A DNA stretch of 64,000 bases from an uncultured Gammaproteobacteria bacterium (GTDB taxonomy: Bacteria; Patescibacteriota; Patescibacteriia; S139-126), in the NCBI GenBank assembly GCA_964620905.1, contig CAZUKA010000002.1, positions 121,154 through 185,153 of the forward strand. Reading direction: 5' to 3'. Below are positions 26,927-36,514 of this stretch, piece after piece (position 1 is the stretch's first letter; each line of letters starts with the position of its first letter). The translations under genes were made by a program, and so were the position numbers. The notes under the pieces are model-generated. The model was not told the origin of the DNA. It did not search any database and saw only the letters and a list, made by a program, of their open reading frames with translations.

Positions 26927-27946
26927 ATGTTTTCCAAATTTCAATCATTACCAAGTTACTTCGGCGGCAAGCGAAAGCTTGTAAAGCACATTTTCAAACC
27001 TATCAAAAAGACAGAGGGTGTTTTTATCGATGCATTTCTTGGAGGCGGATCAGTAAGTCTCTATGCAAAAGCAAAAGGATACAAAGTTATTGCGAACGAC
27101 ATCGCATTCCGATCCGTGATCATCGGCCGGGCCCTGATTGCCAACAACAACGTGAAGCTAGAGAGCGAGGACTTGGCAAGACTCTTCCTCAAAGCCAAGC
27201 ACGACGGCTTTATTCGCAAGAACTATTGCCCGAAAGTATTCACGAGTAAGATCGCAGACTTTCTCGACACCGCTATCGTGAATGCTCATGCAGTCGAGAA
27301 CGAAACCAAGCGACATCTTCTCCTACATCTCCTCATAAAGTTTATTTTGTCCTGCCGACAATTTGGAAAATTCACGCACACCAGAGACACGCTCGATCTC
27401 GAAGCCCGAAAGTGGGAGTGGCCTCTCCGGTCCAAGTCGCATGCCCCGAAAAATCTCCGCATGATCCAAAACCCGATGATGACTTTGGAAAAATTAAAAG
27501 ACGAAATTAATCATGGCGTATTTGATAATCATCAAGACAATGAAATTCATCAAAAAGATGTGTTCGACTTTCTCAAGAAAGTTACTGGTGATGTTGTTTA
27601 TTTTGATCCTCCTTATCCTGGCTCTTCTGCCTACGAAGTTGAGTATGGGATTTTAGATAACATCCTTGTCGGCAAAAAACTCGACAACAAACCCAGCCCT
27701 TTCTCCAACAAAGATGCCGATGAATTCCTTGAGCGGATGTTCGAGTCGGCAAAGCACATTCCTCAATGGATTATCTCCCTCGGCCAGAACAAGGAGGATG
27801 TGGGAGTGAAGCCGGACAAGCTTCTCGCAATGGTGCAGAAGCATCGGAAGGCCGAAGTGATCATGCTCGATCACAAATGGTCGGTGTCAAACGCCGGAGG
27901 TCGAAACCAGAGCAACAATATCGAGTACATGATCATAACTGTATGA
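26927..27946 (+). CDS. Dam-type N6-adenine DNA methyltransferase
   Basis: N-terminal SYFGGKRKL, motif I FLGGGSV, motif IV DPPY (VYFDPPYPG). Start chosen at the Met downstream of the terminator. The track ORF begins at 26744. Confidence 0.85.
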   Translation: MFSKFQSLPSYFGGKRKLVKHIFKPIKKTEGVFIDAFLGGGSVSLYAKAKGYKVIANDIAFRSVIIGRALIANNNVKLESEDLARLFLKAKHDGFIRKNYCPKVFTSKIADFLDTAIVNAHAVENETKRHLLLHLLIKFILSCRQFGKFTHTRDTLDLEARKWEWPLRSKSHAPKNLRMIQNPMMTLEKLKDEINHGVFDNHQDNEIHQKDVFDFLKKVTGDVVYFDPPYPGSSAYEVEYGILDNILVGKKLDNKPSPFSNKDADEFLERMFESAKHIPQWIISLGQNKEDVGVKPDKLLAMVQKHRKAEVIMLDHKWSVSNAGGRNQSNNIEYMIITV

Positions 27947-28752
27947 AAAAATTAACAGAACAAATCAAGACGGTGAAAATAAAGGAATGCGTTCCGAACT
28001 GGTGGAATCCCAACGAGATGAACGCTCGCCAATTTGCGTCGCTCAAGAAAGCGATCACGAAATTCGGACAGACGAAGCCGATTCAAGTCGGCATCTGGCC
28101 GAACATGAAAGTCAAAGACGGCTATGTGATCGTCGGTGGTTATCACACATGGAAAGTGCTCGGCGAGATCGGTAGTGCAGAGATCGAAGTGAACGTCCAC
28201 GAATTCAAAAACGAGGACGAAGCCAAGCTCTACGGATTGACCGACAACATTCACGGGTCCAACCAGCAAATCAAACTCGGCAAGCTCGCATACGAGCTGA
28301 CACAAAACGGATACTCAATCAAAGAGATCGCAAGCAACCTCGGCGAGGATGACGTGAATGTCAAAGATGCCCTCGACCTCGTGAAAGACGAGATCGAAAA
28401 GAAAATGATCGAGCTTAAGAAAGCGGAACGTGAAAACTTTGTCATCCTGAACTTTATCGTCGACAAAGACCCGAAAGAAGCGGCCGATGATTTTATTACT
28501 GCCGTCACTGCCTTTGCCAAAACCAAGGGTGTAAAAGTGTCCAAGGCAGTGAAAGACGTGAATTCGCAGAGAGAAACCATTGCCCTTATAAGCTTCAACG
28601 TAACCAATCCGCAGAAAAACGTTGTAGATGAAGCACTTTCTGCGTTAACCAAGACCGAAAAGATGACCGATAGTGAGGCGATTGCGGAGATTTGTGGTCG
28701 TTTTTTGCATACACCAACTCACACCAACATACACCAAAATGGCAAAAATTGA
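27943..28752 (+). CDS. ParB-like nuclease domain protein
   Basis: N-terminal ParB/Srx-like segment (KECVPNWWNPNEMN...FGQTKPIQV). Such genes commonly sit next to terminase genes in phages. Start placed at the Met at 27943. Confidence 0.55.
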   Translation: MKKLTEQIKTVKIKECVPNWWNPNEMNARQFASLKKAITKFGQTKPIQVGIWPNMKVKDGYVIVGGYHTWKVLGEIGSAEIEVNVHEFKNEDEAKLYGLTDNIHGSNQQIKLGKLAYELTQNGYSIKEIASNLGEDDVNVKDALDLVKDEIEKKMIELKKAERENFVILNFIVDKDPKEAADDFITAVTAFAKTKGVKVSKAVKDVNSQRETIALISFNVTNPQKNVVDEALSALTKTEKMTDSEAIAEICGRFLHTPTHTNIHQNGKN

Positions 28753-29161
28753 CGTCAAAAACAAAAAGAGTCAGGAGGCCGTACGGCTCAAGTATGAGGG
28801 TGAGACGTATGAGACCATATCCAAAAAGCTCAAGACCCCAATTGATACCATCAAGAGCTGGTTTCGGAGTGAGGGGCCACTGCGAGAGGAGTACGACACC
28901 TATGCTAACGAACAGAACGAGCTTCGGCTTAGTGAGTCGAACCAAATCCTCAAGAGAAACATCCACACCGCCTCGAACATGCTCGTTGCCCTCATGGGAA
29001 GTCCGGACGATAACGTCAAATTTCGTGCCGTCAAAGAGATGCACGATCGTGTCCATGGCAGTCCCAAGCAGACGTTCGATCGTGAGGGACTGTTTGGCAC
29101 AGACATAAGCTATGAACAAATCCTCCGCAAAGCCAGAGAGAAACCCCCTCCAGATGGTTAA
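28739..29161 (+). CDS. terminase small subunit (putative)
   Basis: HTH-containing 140-aa protein (ETYETISKKLKTPIDTIKSWF) directly upstream of and overlapping TerL. Confidence 0.5.
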   Translation: MAKIDVKNKKSQEAVRLKYEGETYETISKKLKTPIDTIKSWFRSEGPLREEYDTYANEQNELRLSESNQILKRNIHTASNMLVALMGSPDDNVKFRAVKEMHDRVHGSPKQTFDREGLFGTDISYEQILRKAREKPPPDG

Positions 29162-30761
29162 AGACATCACCGAAGTGATGAGGATTTGTGATGCTGATCC
29201 GCAAACCTTCATCGAGCACTGTTTATCAATAAAAACCAAGAATCAGCAGACAGTTCTTTTACACCTGAATACCGCACAGACCATGATCCACGACAGGATC
29301 ACGGCACTCCGGAAACTAGGCAAGCCGATAAGAATGATCATCTTGAAAGCGAGACAGGAGGGGGTCTCCACTCTCTGCGAAGCTCTGATCTTCGAACGGA
29401 CTGCCAGATTCGAGAACACAAACTCGCTTATAGTCGCACACGAACCCGAATCAACAGATGCAATCTTTGCCATGAGTAAGCTCTTCTACGACTTACTGCC
29501 AACGTGGGCGAAGCCAATGCGTCGGTACGACAACAAGAAGCAGATGGTGTTCGAGAATCCGGAGGAGAAATCGAGAGCAAAAGACCCAGGACTGCGAAGC
29601 CGAATGGTTATCGCAACTGCCGAGAAAGCGAAAGTGGGTAGAGGTTTGACCCTCCACAACTTTCACGGATCGGAAGTGGCGTTCTGGAAAAACGCAAAGG
29701 AACTGATGCTCTCGGTACTGCAAGCAATCCCGAACCTACCGAACACAAGCGTGTTCCTAGAGTCCACTGCCAACGGATTCGGAGGTGACGGCGAATACTT
29801 CTACAAGACCGTGCAAGACGTACTTGCCGGTAAGAGCGAATTCGAGCTTGTGTTCCTGCCATGGCACCTGATGGATGAATACAGCACGCCATTCACCGGA
29901 GATAAAGAAAAGATAAAGTTTTCCGAATCTCTGGACGAATACGAAAAGAGTATCAAGGCATCCGCAAAGCTGACCCTTGAACAGCTCAACTGGCGACGCT
30001 GGGCGATCCAGAACCTGACCGGTGGAGACATCGAGAAATTCAAACAGGAGTACCCAGCCACGATCGAGGAAGCATTCGTTGCCTCAAGTAGGTCAGTCAT
30101 CCCGAAGCAGTACATCGAAGCCCAGGGCAAATTCACCCGAAGCCCGATACGAAAGCTCGACGACATCCTGATCTACGAGGAACCGAATCCGAAACACTTC
30201 TACAGCTTGGGTGCAGACCCGAGCGAAGGAATCGGACAAGACGACTCCGCAATCACGATCTTCGACAAGATGACCGGCAGAGAGGTGGGATCGTACATCG
30301 GACAGATACAGCCGGACTTGTTTGCCAAGAAAATCAAACAGGCGGCCGAACTCTTCAACGATGCACTGGCAGTAGTGGAAATAAACAATCACGGTCTAGC
30401 GGTAATCAACGCTCTCAAAGGCGAATACTCGAATCTCTACCAACGCACGGTGTTCGATAAGCAGACGAATACCAAGCGCAAAGAGCTGGGATGGAAAACA
30501 AGCCAAACCACAAAGCCCCTCATGGTAGATGACTTCATCTCCGGACTCCGAGATGACGACATCGGACTCTCAAGTCAGACAACCGTAAGCCAGATGATGA
30601 CGTTCGTACACACGAATGAAAGCAACCGGTACGGAATGGGTGCAGAGAGCGGACAGAAAGACGATGCCCTTATATCGGCAATGCTCGCATGGCAAGGACT
30701 GAAAGAACTACCGAGCGAGATGCCAAACAGGAGAAAAGGTCGAGCAATGAAACTTTACTAA
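29112..30761 (+). CDS. terminase large subunit
   Basis: N-terminal ATPase region (ARQEGVSTL P-loop-like) and C-terminal RNaseH-like nuclease (GADPSEGIGQDDSAITIFD). Size and synteny are typical. Confidence 0.85.
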   Translation: MNKSSAKPERNPLQMVKDITEVMRICDADPQTFIEHCLSIKTKNQQTVLLHLNTAQTMIHDRITALRKLGKPIRMIILKARQEGVSTLCEALIFERTARFENTNSLIVAHEPESTDAIFAMSKLFYDLLPTWAKPMRRYDNKKQMVFENPEEKSRAKDPGLRSRMVIATAEKAKVGRGLTLHNFHGSEVAFWKNAKELMLSVLQAIPNLPNTSVFLESTANGFGGDGEYFYKTVQDVLAGKSEFELVFLPWHLMDEYSTPFTGDKEKIKFSESLDEYEKSIKASAKLTLEQLNWRRWAIQNLTGGDIEKFKQEYPATIEEAFVASSRSVIPKQYIEAQGKFTRSPIRKLDDILIYEEPNPKHFYSLGADPSEGIGQDDSAITIFDKMTGREVGSYIGQIQPDLFAKKIKQAAELFNDALAVVEINNHGLAVINALKGEYSNLYQRTVFDKQTNTKRKELGWKTSQTTKPLMVDDFISGLRDDDIGLSSQTTVSQMMTFVHTNESNRYGMGAESGQKDDALISAMLAWQGLKELPSEMPNRRKGRAMKLY

Positions 30762-30763
30762 AT

Positions 30764-32659
30764 ATGGCAACCACCAAACAATTACAAAAATATAATAGCG
30801 AGTACGACGAAGCGAAAAAGAACTTCGTGTACTATTTCAAACCCGAATTTGATCGGGGTTATAAGCTGTTCTCATCCTACAACGGCGATCGTGCCGCCGA
30901 GCTTGAGCTGACCAATGACGGTGAGATATGGCAGTCCAACGTTTTTATTCCCCAAGTATTTGCATACATCAAGACGTTCCTCCAAAAGACCGTCGGCATT
31001 ACCCCTGACTTCAAGCTCGAGGGAAAGAATAACGAAGCCCTCAAAGACCTGATCCTCTGGCTGTGGGAAGTCGGAATGAGTGACGACCTGATCGATTACT
31101 TCCTGCAAGTCTTTATCTGCGGAACGACCATTGGCAAAGACTTCCTCAAGAAAGAGACCAAGAAAAAGAGAAAGAAAGAGATAGGCATTGTCGAGAAAAT
31201 AAAGAAACTCATATTCAAGACCGAGACCTCCAAGATCACCTTCCGTCCTGACTTTGACCCCGTAGACATTTATAACTTCTATCCTCACCCGAGGATGAAA
31301 AAGATGTCCGACCCGTTCCCTGTATTCCACCGATACGTGCTGACATTGGATGAAATGAAAGCCCAATATCCAGATGTTCCATCGAGTAAGTGGACTCAAT
31401 TCGTAGACAAAGACGGAGTGGTTACAAAGTCCGGTGGAGATACAACCGACTACGCATACGTGCGAAAGGAAGTCCTGATCCAACTGCGTAAGAGTTTGAG
31501 AGAGACAACCAAAGCATCCTCACCAATCGAGGGCAACCCGAATAATCCGGTCCAAATGCCAATAACCGATGAGAAGCTCTTCGAGGTCGTAGAGAGATGG
31601 ACTGACGACATGATGACCGTATTCCTGACTATGGACGGAACACCGATCGAGATCAAAGACGGTGAGAACCCATACGACCATCAAGAGAAACCCTACTCTC
31701 GTACCGGCTTCTTCCCCCGAGCGTTCTCGTTCTACTGGCTCGGTATACCGAAACTGGTAGACCATTTGCAGGAACTCTTAAACTCCGTAACCAATCAGAG
31801 AGTGGATGCCATCACAATGAAAATCCACAGCATGATTGCCGCGGCACCAGTGGCTCTCCCCGGTTATAAGCAATCAACCATCAGCATACGACCGTTAGGA
31901 ATTCTGTGGACGAATGATCCAAACTCCGTAAGAGAGCTGAAGTTTGGAGATGTGAACTCCTCTGCGTTTATTGAGCCGGATCACATCAAAGAAGCAATGC
32001 GTATCGCAGTCGGAATCGACGAATACACAACCACTGCCGGTGCAGATAAGAGACAGACGGCAACCGTTGCCTCGTTCATGCGAGAAGCAACACTCGAGGG
32101 AGTAAAGCTTTTCCTGATCATGTTACGAGGTTCGTACATCACGCACTTTGAACACTGGATTTGTATGGTCAAGCAATTCTGGACAACCAAAGGCGTGATG
32201 CCAGACAAGGCCGTCGCAATTCTCATGCGTCACGGACTTATAACCCCTGAGACAGAAAACATCGAAGGACTCTTTGACGATGAATACGAGATATCCCTCG
32301 AATCAACTTCGGCTCTCGCTTCCTCCTCCGAGCTCAAGAAAGCAAAAGACTTGGAACTCTGGGATCTGATCAAAGAAGTAGACCAGATCGTGGATTCAGA
32401 AACCGGCACGGTGTACTCCGTAAAGAAATTCAAAGTCCTGATGAAGCTCTTTGAGGATTACGGCTGGGAACCGGACAACTACATCAGCGAAATAAAACAA
32501 CAGCCGGTCACACCTCCGGTTGACCCAATGACTCCACCGGAAACTGGAATACCGACCGGTGATGCACCTGCGATTGATACACCGCCCGATGTAGTGCCAG
32601 AGCAAGGACTCCCCGGTAACGAAATAGGTGCGATGCTCGGTAACGCAATGAAACAATAA
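30764..32659 (+). CDS. portal protein
   Basis: About 630 aa directly after TerL, acidic C-terminal tail. Called on synteny and size. Confidence 0.65.
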   Translation: MATTKQLQKYNSEYDEAKKNFVYYFKPEFDRGYKLFSSYNGDRAAELELTNDGEIWQSNVFIPQVFAYIKTFLQKTVGITPDFKLEGKNNEALKDLILWLWEVGMSDDLIDYFLQVFICGTTIGKDFLKKETKKKRKKEIGIVEKIKKLIFKTETSKITFRPDFDPVDIYNFYPHPRMKKMSDPFPVFHRYVLTLDEMKAQYPDVPSSKWTQFVDKDGVVTKSGGDTTDYAYVRKEVLIQLRKSLRETTKASSPIEGNPNNPVQMPITDEKLFEVVERWTDDMMTVFLTMDGTPIEIKDGENPYDHQEKPYSRTGFFPRAFSFYWLGIPKLVDHLQELLNSVTNQRVDAITMKIHSMIAAAPVALPGYKQSTISIRPLGILWTNDPNSVRELKFGDVNSSAFIEPDHIKEAMRIAVGIDEYTTTAGADKRQTATVASFMREATLEGVKLFLIMLRGSYITHFEHWICMVKQFWTTKGVMPDKAVAILMRHGLITPETENIEGLFDDEYEISLESTSALASSSELKKAKDLELWDLIKEVDQIVDSETGTVYSVKKFKVLMKLFEDYGWEPDNYISEIKQQPVTPPVDPMTPPETGIPTGDAPAIDTPPDVVPEQGLPGNEIGAMLGNAMKQ

Positions 32660-32663
32660 CACT

Positions 32664-32903
32664 ATGACTCAACCACTTCACAAAGACATAGAAGCAACGA
32701 TCAGCAACTTGTACGAAACCAAGTATTTTGAAGCGTTGTCCGAGCTTATTGCGAGTGAACTCGAAACCACTAAGACGTGGCTACTCAACAAACAACTGAC
32801 TGCAGACGAGATTCGGTTTTATCAAGGTCGAGCCGAGGGACTCGGAGTCATACTCCTGCAGATAAAAGCTATTCACGATGAACATGTGAAAGCACCACCG
32901 TAA
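32664..32903 (+). CDS. hypothetical protein
   Basis: 79-aa ORF followed by a structured region and a terminator. Confidence 0.4.
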   Translation: MTQPLHKDIEATISNLYETKYFEALSELIASELETTKTWLLNKQLTADEIRFYQGRAEGLGVILLQIKAIHDEHVKAPP

Positions 32904-33001
32904 AACAAAACAACCAAAGGAAATCGCCAAACATTTTTTGAGAGGTTCAGCTGGCCTCTTAAGATAGGATTTCTGGCGATTTCCATATCTTGAGAGACCA
33001 A

Positions 33002-33031
33002 CCGAGCCTCCCGAAAAGGGGCTCGGTTTTA
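33002..33031 (+). terminator. rho-independent terminator
   Basis: ccgagcctcccgaaaaggggctcgg followed by tttt. Confidence 0.5.
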
Positions 33032-33098
33032 TTAACAGCAGACGCCAACGTTCCGACCGTGATCGGATACCAAGGATCAATCTGCCATTAACACGCCT

Positions 33099-33941
33099 AT
33101 GGAAAAACCAAACGAATCCGGCGCCGAACCGAAAACACCGTCATTTGACGATGCAGTCGGCAAGGAACAACCGGTCAATTCAATCCCGTCAGGCACCTCG
33201 AAAGAGGAACAACCTGACAAGAAACCGGACGCCTCGAAACCCGAGGATCAATCCGGCGGTACGCCAGCCGATAAAGGCGAAAGTCCCGAGGACAAAGACA
33301 AAAAGCCCGAGGGCGACAAGACCTTCTGGGGCAAGTTCAAGAGCGAGGATGATGCAAAACGCTCATATGACGAAGCCCAGACCAAGATTATCGATCAAGG
33401 TAAAGAGATCAATGATCTCAAAACCTCAACTGAGAAAAACCAACAATTTCTCTCGGTACTCGATAAGGCACTGGTCAAGAATCCGCAACTAGCCGAACAG
33501 CTGAAAGCAAGTATTGCCGAAGCTATGAAAGCCAGCGATGCAGAGCCAGAGGATCAACCGGACATCGACACACTCCTCGATAAGAAGCTCGAGGAACGGG
33601 AAACGAAAGCAAAGACCAAGACCGAGATAGACAAATGGATTGCCGATCACGAGGACTTCAAAACTCCAGAGATCGGTCACCAGATTCTCGATCTTATCGA
33701 GAAAGAAAAGCTTCCGTTCAATGCCCGAACGCTTCAACTGGCCTACGATTCCGTAACCAAGGATTCGCAGACAAAGAAAGCGGCCGACGAAGCTCTCAAG
33801 AAAGAGGAAGTTAAAAACCTCGAAAGAGAGAATGCATCAGGAGTCGGCGGTGGCCAACCAGCCACCAAAGGCAAAACCGACCAAGAAAATCCATTCGATG
33901 ATCTTGTCGGTGAAAGTATTAACCCCAACAAAGTCCGGTAA
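33099..33941 (+). CDS. scaffolding protein (putative)
   Basis: Highly charged (K/E/D) helical protein between the portal and major capsid genes. Confidence 0.55.
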   Translation: MEKPNESGAEPKTPSFDDAVGKEQPVNSIPSGTSKEEQPDKKPDASKPEDQSGGTPADKGESPEDKDKKPEGDKTFWGKFKSEDDAKRSYDEAQTKIIDQGKEINDLKTSTEKNQQFLSVLDKALVKNPQLAEQLKASIAEAMKASDAEPEDQPDIDTLLDKKLEERETKAKTKTEIDKWIADHEDFKTPEIGHQILDLIEKEKLPFNARTLQLAYDSVTKDSQTKKAADEALKKEEVKNLERENASGVGGGQPATKGKTDQENPFDDLVGESINPNKVR

Positions 33942-33997
33942 CGCTTATAAGATTTTGAGGTCTCGTGAGCGGTTGCCGGCAGTAACAACCACAACCT

Positions 33998-35221
33998 ATG
34001 GCAGAACCAAATCACATCATCGGCACGAGGAACACGCTGACTATTGAACAGTCACAACGTATTCCCGATGTCGACGACAAAATCTTCCTGCTTGAACCCG
34101 GAGAATCTCCGCTCACTGCTTTCTTGACCCAAATCGGAAAAATCGGTGACGGAGGTGGCAAGTTCAAGGGCATGGCTCTCCAAAAGAGAGTCGTGTACAA
34201 CCCGGAATTCACTGAGTACGAGGATCAGTATTCCGGAGTCTGGGCTCGGATCAACAACGGAGCCGGATACGCATCCGGTGACACAGCGTTGGTCGTAGAC
34301 AGCCCGGGCGCATCAATCTTCACCAAGTTCGACCTCATCAAGAACACTCGAACCGGTGAAATCATGCGTGTCACTTCGGTCAACTATTCCACGAACACCC
34401 TCACGGTAGCTCGTGGAGCCGGTGCGACAGCGGCGGCCGCCATCCTAGATGACGACTGGCTGTTGGTCATCGGTCCCGCCTTTGAGGAAGGGTCTAAGTC
34501 TGGCGATTCCAACACGACCAAACTCGTGAAGGTAACCAACTACACCCAAATCTTCAAGACCAAATTCGGCGTCACCCAAACCGAGAACGCTTCGAAGCTC
34601 TATCCGCAAGGCAACCCCGGTGCGGACTTGAAGTACCTGCGTGCAAAGCATGGTATCGAACAAGCAAAGAAAATCGAACGTGCGTACTGGTTCGGTGAAA
34701 AGAAAGAGGTCACCGGTCCCGATGGTAAACCGCTTCGCCTCTCCGGAGGAATTTTGGAAGCGATCATCGCCGCCGGCAACGTCCAGGACGAGGCGTCTTC
34801 AGCTTTGACCGAAGCGGAATTCCGATCGTTCCTGCAGAACTATGCGTTCAAGTACGGATCAGCCGAGAAGTATTTCTTCTGCGGTAACACCGTGCTCGGA
34901 TACTTGGAAAGCTTTGCAACTTCCAAGATGTACATCGTGCCGAACGACAAGACCTACGGAGTCGAAATCCGTAAGTTCCAGTCGTCATTCGGAACGCTGA
35001 ACATTGTTCGCCACCCGATGTTCGACAACCAGTATGCCGGCCTTGGCGTAGTGGTCGATCTCTCCACGCTCAAGCATTGCCCACTGAATGGTCGAGACAC
35101 TTCTCTCGAAACCAACATTCAGGACAACGATGCTGACGAGGAAGTCGATCAGTACAAGACTGAAGTCGGTCTACAGAGAGTCAACTTCGAAAAGAACGCA
35201 TTGCTCAAAGGCGTCGCCTAA
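33998..35221 (+). CDS. major capsid protein
   Basis: 407 aa directly after the scaffold gene, followed by a strong hairpin. Called on synteny and composition. Confidence 0.65.
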   Translation: MAEPNHIIGTRNTLTIEQSQRIPDVDDKIFLLEPGESPLTAFLTQIGKIGDGGGKFKGMALQKRVVYNPEFTEYEDQYSGVWARINNGAGYASGDTALVVDSPGASIFTKFDLIKNTRTGEIMRVTSVNYSTNTLTVARGAGATAAAAILDDDWLLVIGPAFEEGSKSGDSNTTKLVKVTNYTQIFKTKFGVTQTENASKLYPQGNPGADLKYLRAKHGIEQAKKIERAYWFGEKKEVTGPDGKPLRLSGGILEAIIAAGNVQDEASSALTEAEFRSFLQNYAFKYGSAEKYFFCGNTVLGYLESFATSKMYIVPNDKTYGVEIRKFQSSFGTLNIVRHPMFDNQYAGLGVVVDLSTLKHCPLNGRDTSLETNIQDNDADEEVDQYKTEVGLQRVNFEKNALLKGVA

Positions 35222-35241
35222 ATCGAATAAGCGTCTCTGCT

Positions 35242-35282
35242 CTTACTCGCTGGCTTTCACTCACGTGGAAGCCAGGAGTAAG
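35242..35282 (+). terminator. terminator-like hairpin downstream of the capsid gene
   Basis: 15-bp stem cttactcgctggctt / aagccaggagtaag. No clear T-run. Confidence 0.3.
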
Positions 35283-35323
35283 GGTGGAGGCCGAAATTAC
35301 AAATTAATCACCCAAACTTACTT

Positions 35324-35680
35324 ATGGCTAAATTCAATTCACACATCAAAAGTTTGCGAATCGTACTCAAGTCCGCCCAGCCGATATTCGAGGGAGGCCT
35401 CAAGGTCGGCGACACCCCGGGCGAGTACGCTCAATTCTCAGACGGACAATTCGAGACCGCAAACGAGGAACACGTTTCCAAGTTAGAGGGTCTCTCAACA
35501 TACGGCATCGATTTCTGGAAAGTTTCCGAGGAATCCACACCGATTGATCCGCCGACAGTCGACGGCGAACTGCAGAAACTCACCAAAAAGGAATTACAAA
35601 CCTTGGCCGGCGAGAAAAACGTCGAACTAGACGGTTCAGAAACCAAAGACCGCCTGATCGAACTCCTGCAGGGCAAATAG
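35324..35680 (+). CDS. hypothetical virion protein with SAP/Rho-N-like C-terminus
   Basis: KLTKKELQTLAGEKNVELDGSETKDRLIELLQGK resembles a SAP/Rho N-terminal motif. Confidence 0.4.
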   Translation: MAKFNSHIKSLRIVLKSAQPIFEGGLKVGDTPGEYAQFSDGQFETANEEHVSKLEGLSTYGIDFWKVSEESTPIDPPTVDGELQKLTKKELQTLAGEKNVELDGSETKDRLIELLQGK

Positions 35681-35715
35681 ACCATTATGAGGTCGCTAAA
35701 TAACACACCAATCTT

Positions 35716-36495
35716 ATGGCAATCGTATCAGCAGACTTAAAAGAATATGAGTCGAACAGTGCCGACTCAGACGGCGGTGGAATCACGGCAACAGAAGTCG
35801 TGGACAACGTCGATAACAATCTCTTCACCGACATAACAGGCGACGAGGCGGCGGCCGGAGGCACTGAATACCGGAAATCCTTCCGCAAGAATACACACGG
35901 ATCACTTTCGTGGCAGAACGTCGTGACATGGCTTCAATCACAACCGACCAACGCCGCCCTCTCATTCGGATTCGGCATTGATCATGCAGATGATGTCGAT
36001 GGTGCTCAGGGAAACATGTCAGCGTTCTCCGCAAACGCTGTTGTCGCCGTCGTTTCCGACGGTGCAGACACAAGACAGGTGACAATCGTCGGCGAGGATG
36101 CATCTGGAAACAGACAGACGGAAAACCTGACACTGAACGGAACGACTGAGGTCGTCGGTGCTCTAACGTTCTCCAAACTCTACGGTGCATATGTGGCATC
36201 GCTTTCCGGATCACGCATCGTAACAATCCGACAAGGATCAGGAGGCACTACTCGAGGCACCATCGGAGTAAACAAAAAGACCAGCTTTATCTGGTACGGC
36301 AGACGTTACTCCGGAGGATCTCCAGTCGATGCCGAGGGTGGAAACATGGCAAGCAAACCAGCTGGCATGGGACACGGCGACATTGCGTCCGCTGGAAACT
36401 TCGGCATTTGGTATCGCCTGACATGGCCAGCCGGAGCCGGTGCAGTAACCGCTAATTCAAGCCAGGTTAAATCCGAGGGCGACACGGCGGCGTAA
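35716..36495 (+). CDS. hypothetical structural protein (Gly/Ala-rich)
   Basis: 259-aa ORF in the structural module. Confidence 0.4.
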   Translation: MAIVSADLKEYESNSADSDGGGITATEVVDNVDNNLFTDITGDEAAAGGTEYRKSFRKNTHGSLSWQNVVTWLQSQPTNAALSFGFGIDHADDVDGAQGNMSAFSANAVVAVVSDGADTRQVTIVGEDASGNRQTENLTLNGTTEVVGALTFSKLYGAYVASLSGSRIVTIRQGSGGTTRGTIGVNKKTSFIWYGRRYSGGSPVDAEGGNMASKPAGMGHGDIASAGNFGIWYRLTWPAGAGAVTANSSQVKSEGDTAA

Positions 36496-36514
36496 ACGGA
36501 AAAATCAATGAGCT

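Noticed and set aside
28251-32662. Numerous antisense or overlapping ORFs of 60-200 aa on the minus strand across the terminase/portal region (e.g. 28595..29239, 30872..31483, 32396..32662)
   Set aside because: These are shadow ORFs expected in more than 50% GC coding DNA. They overlap well-supported plus-strand genes and lack motifs.
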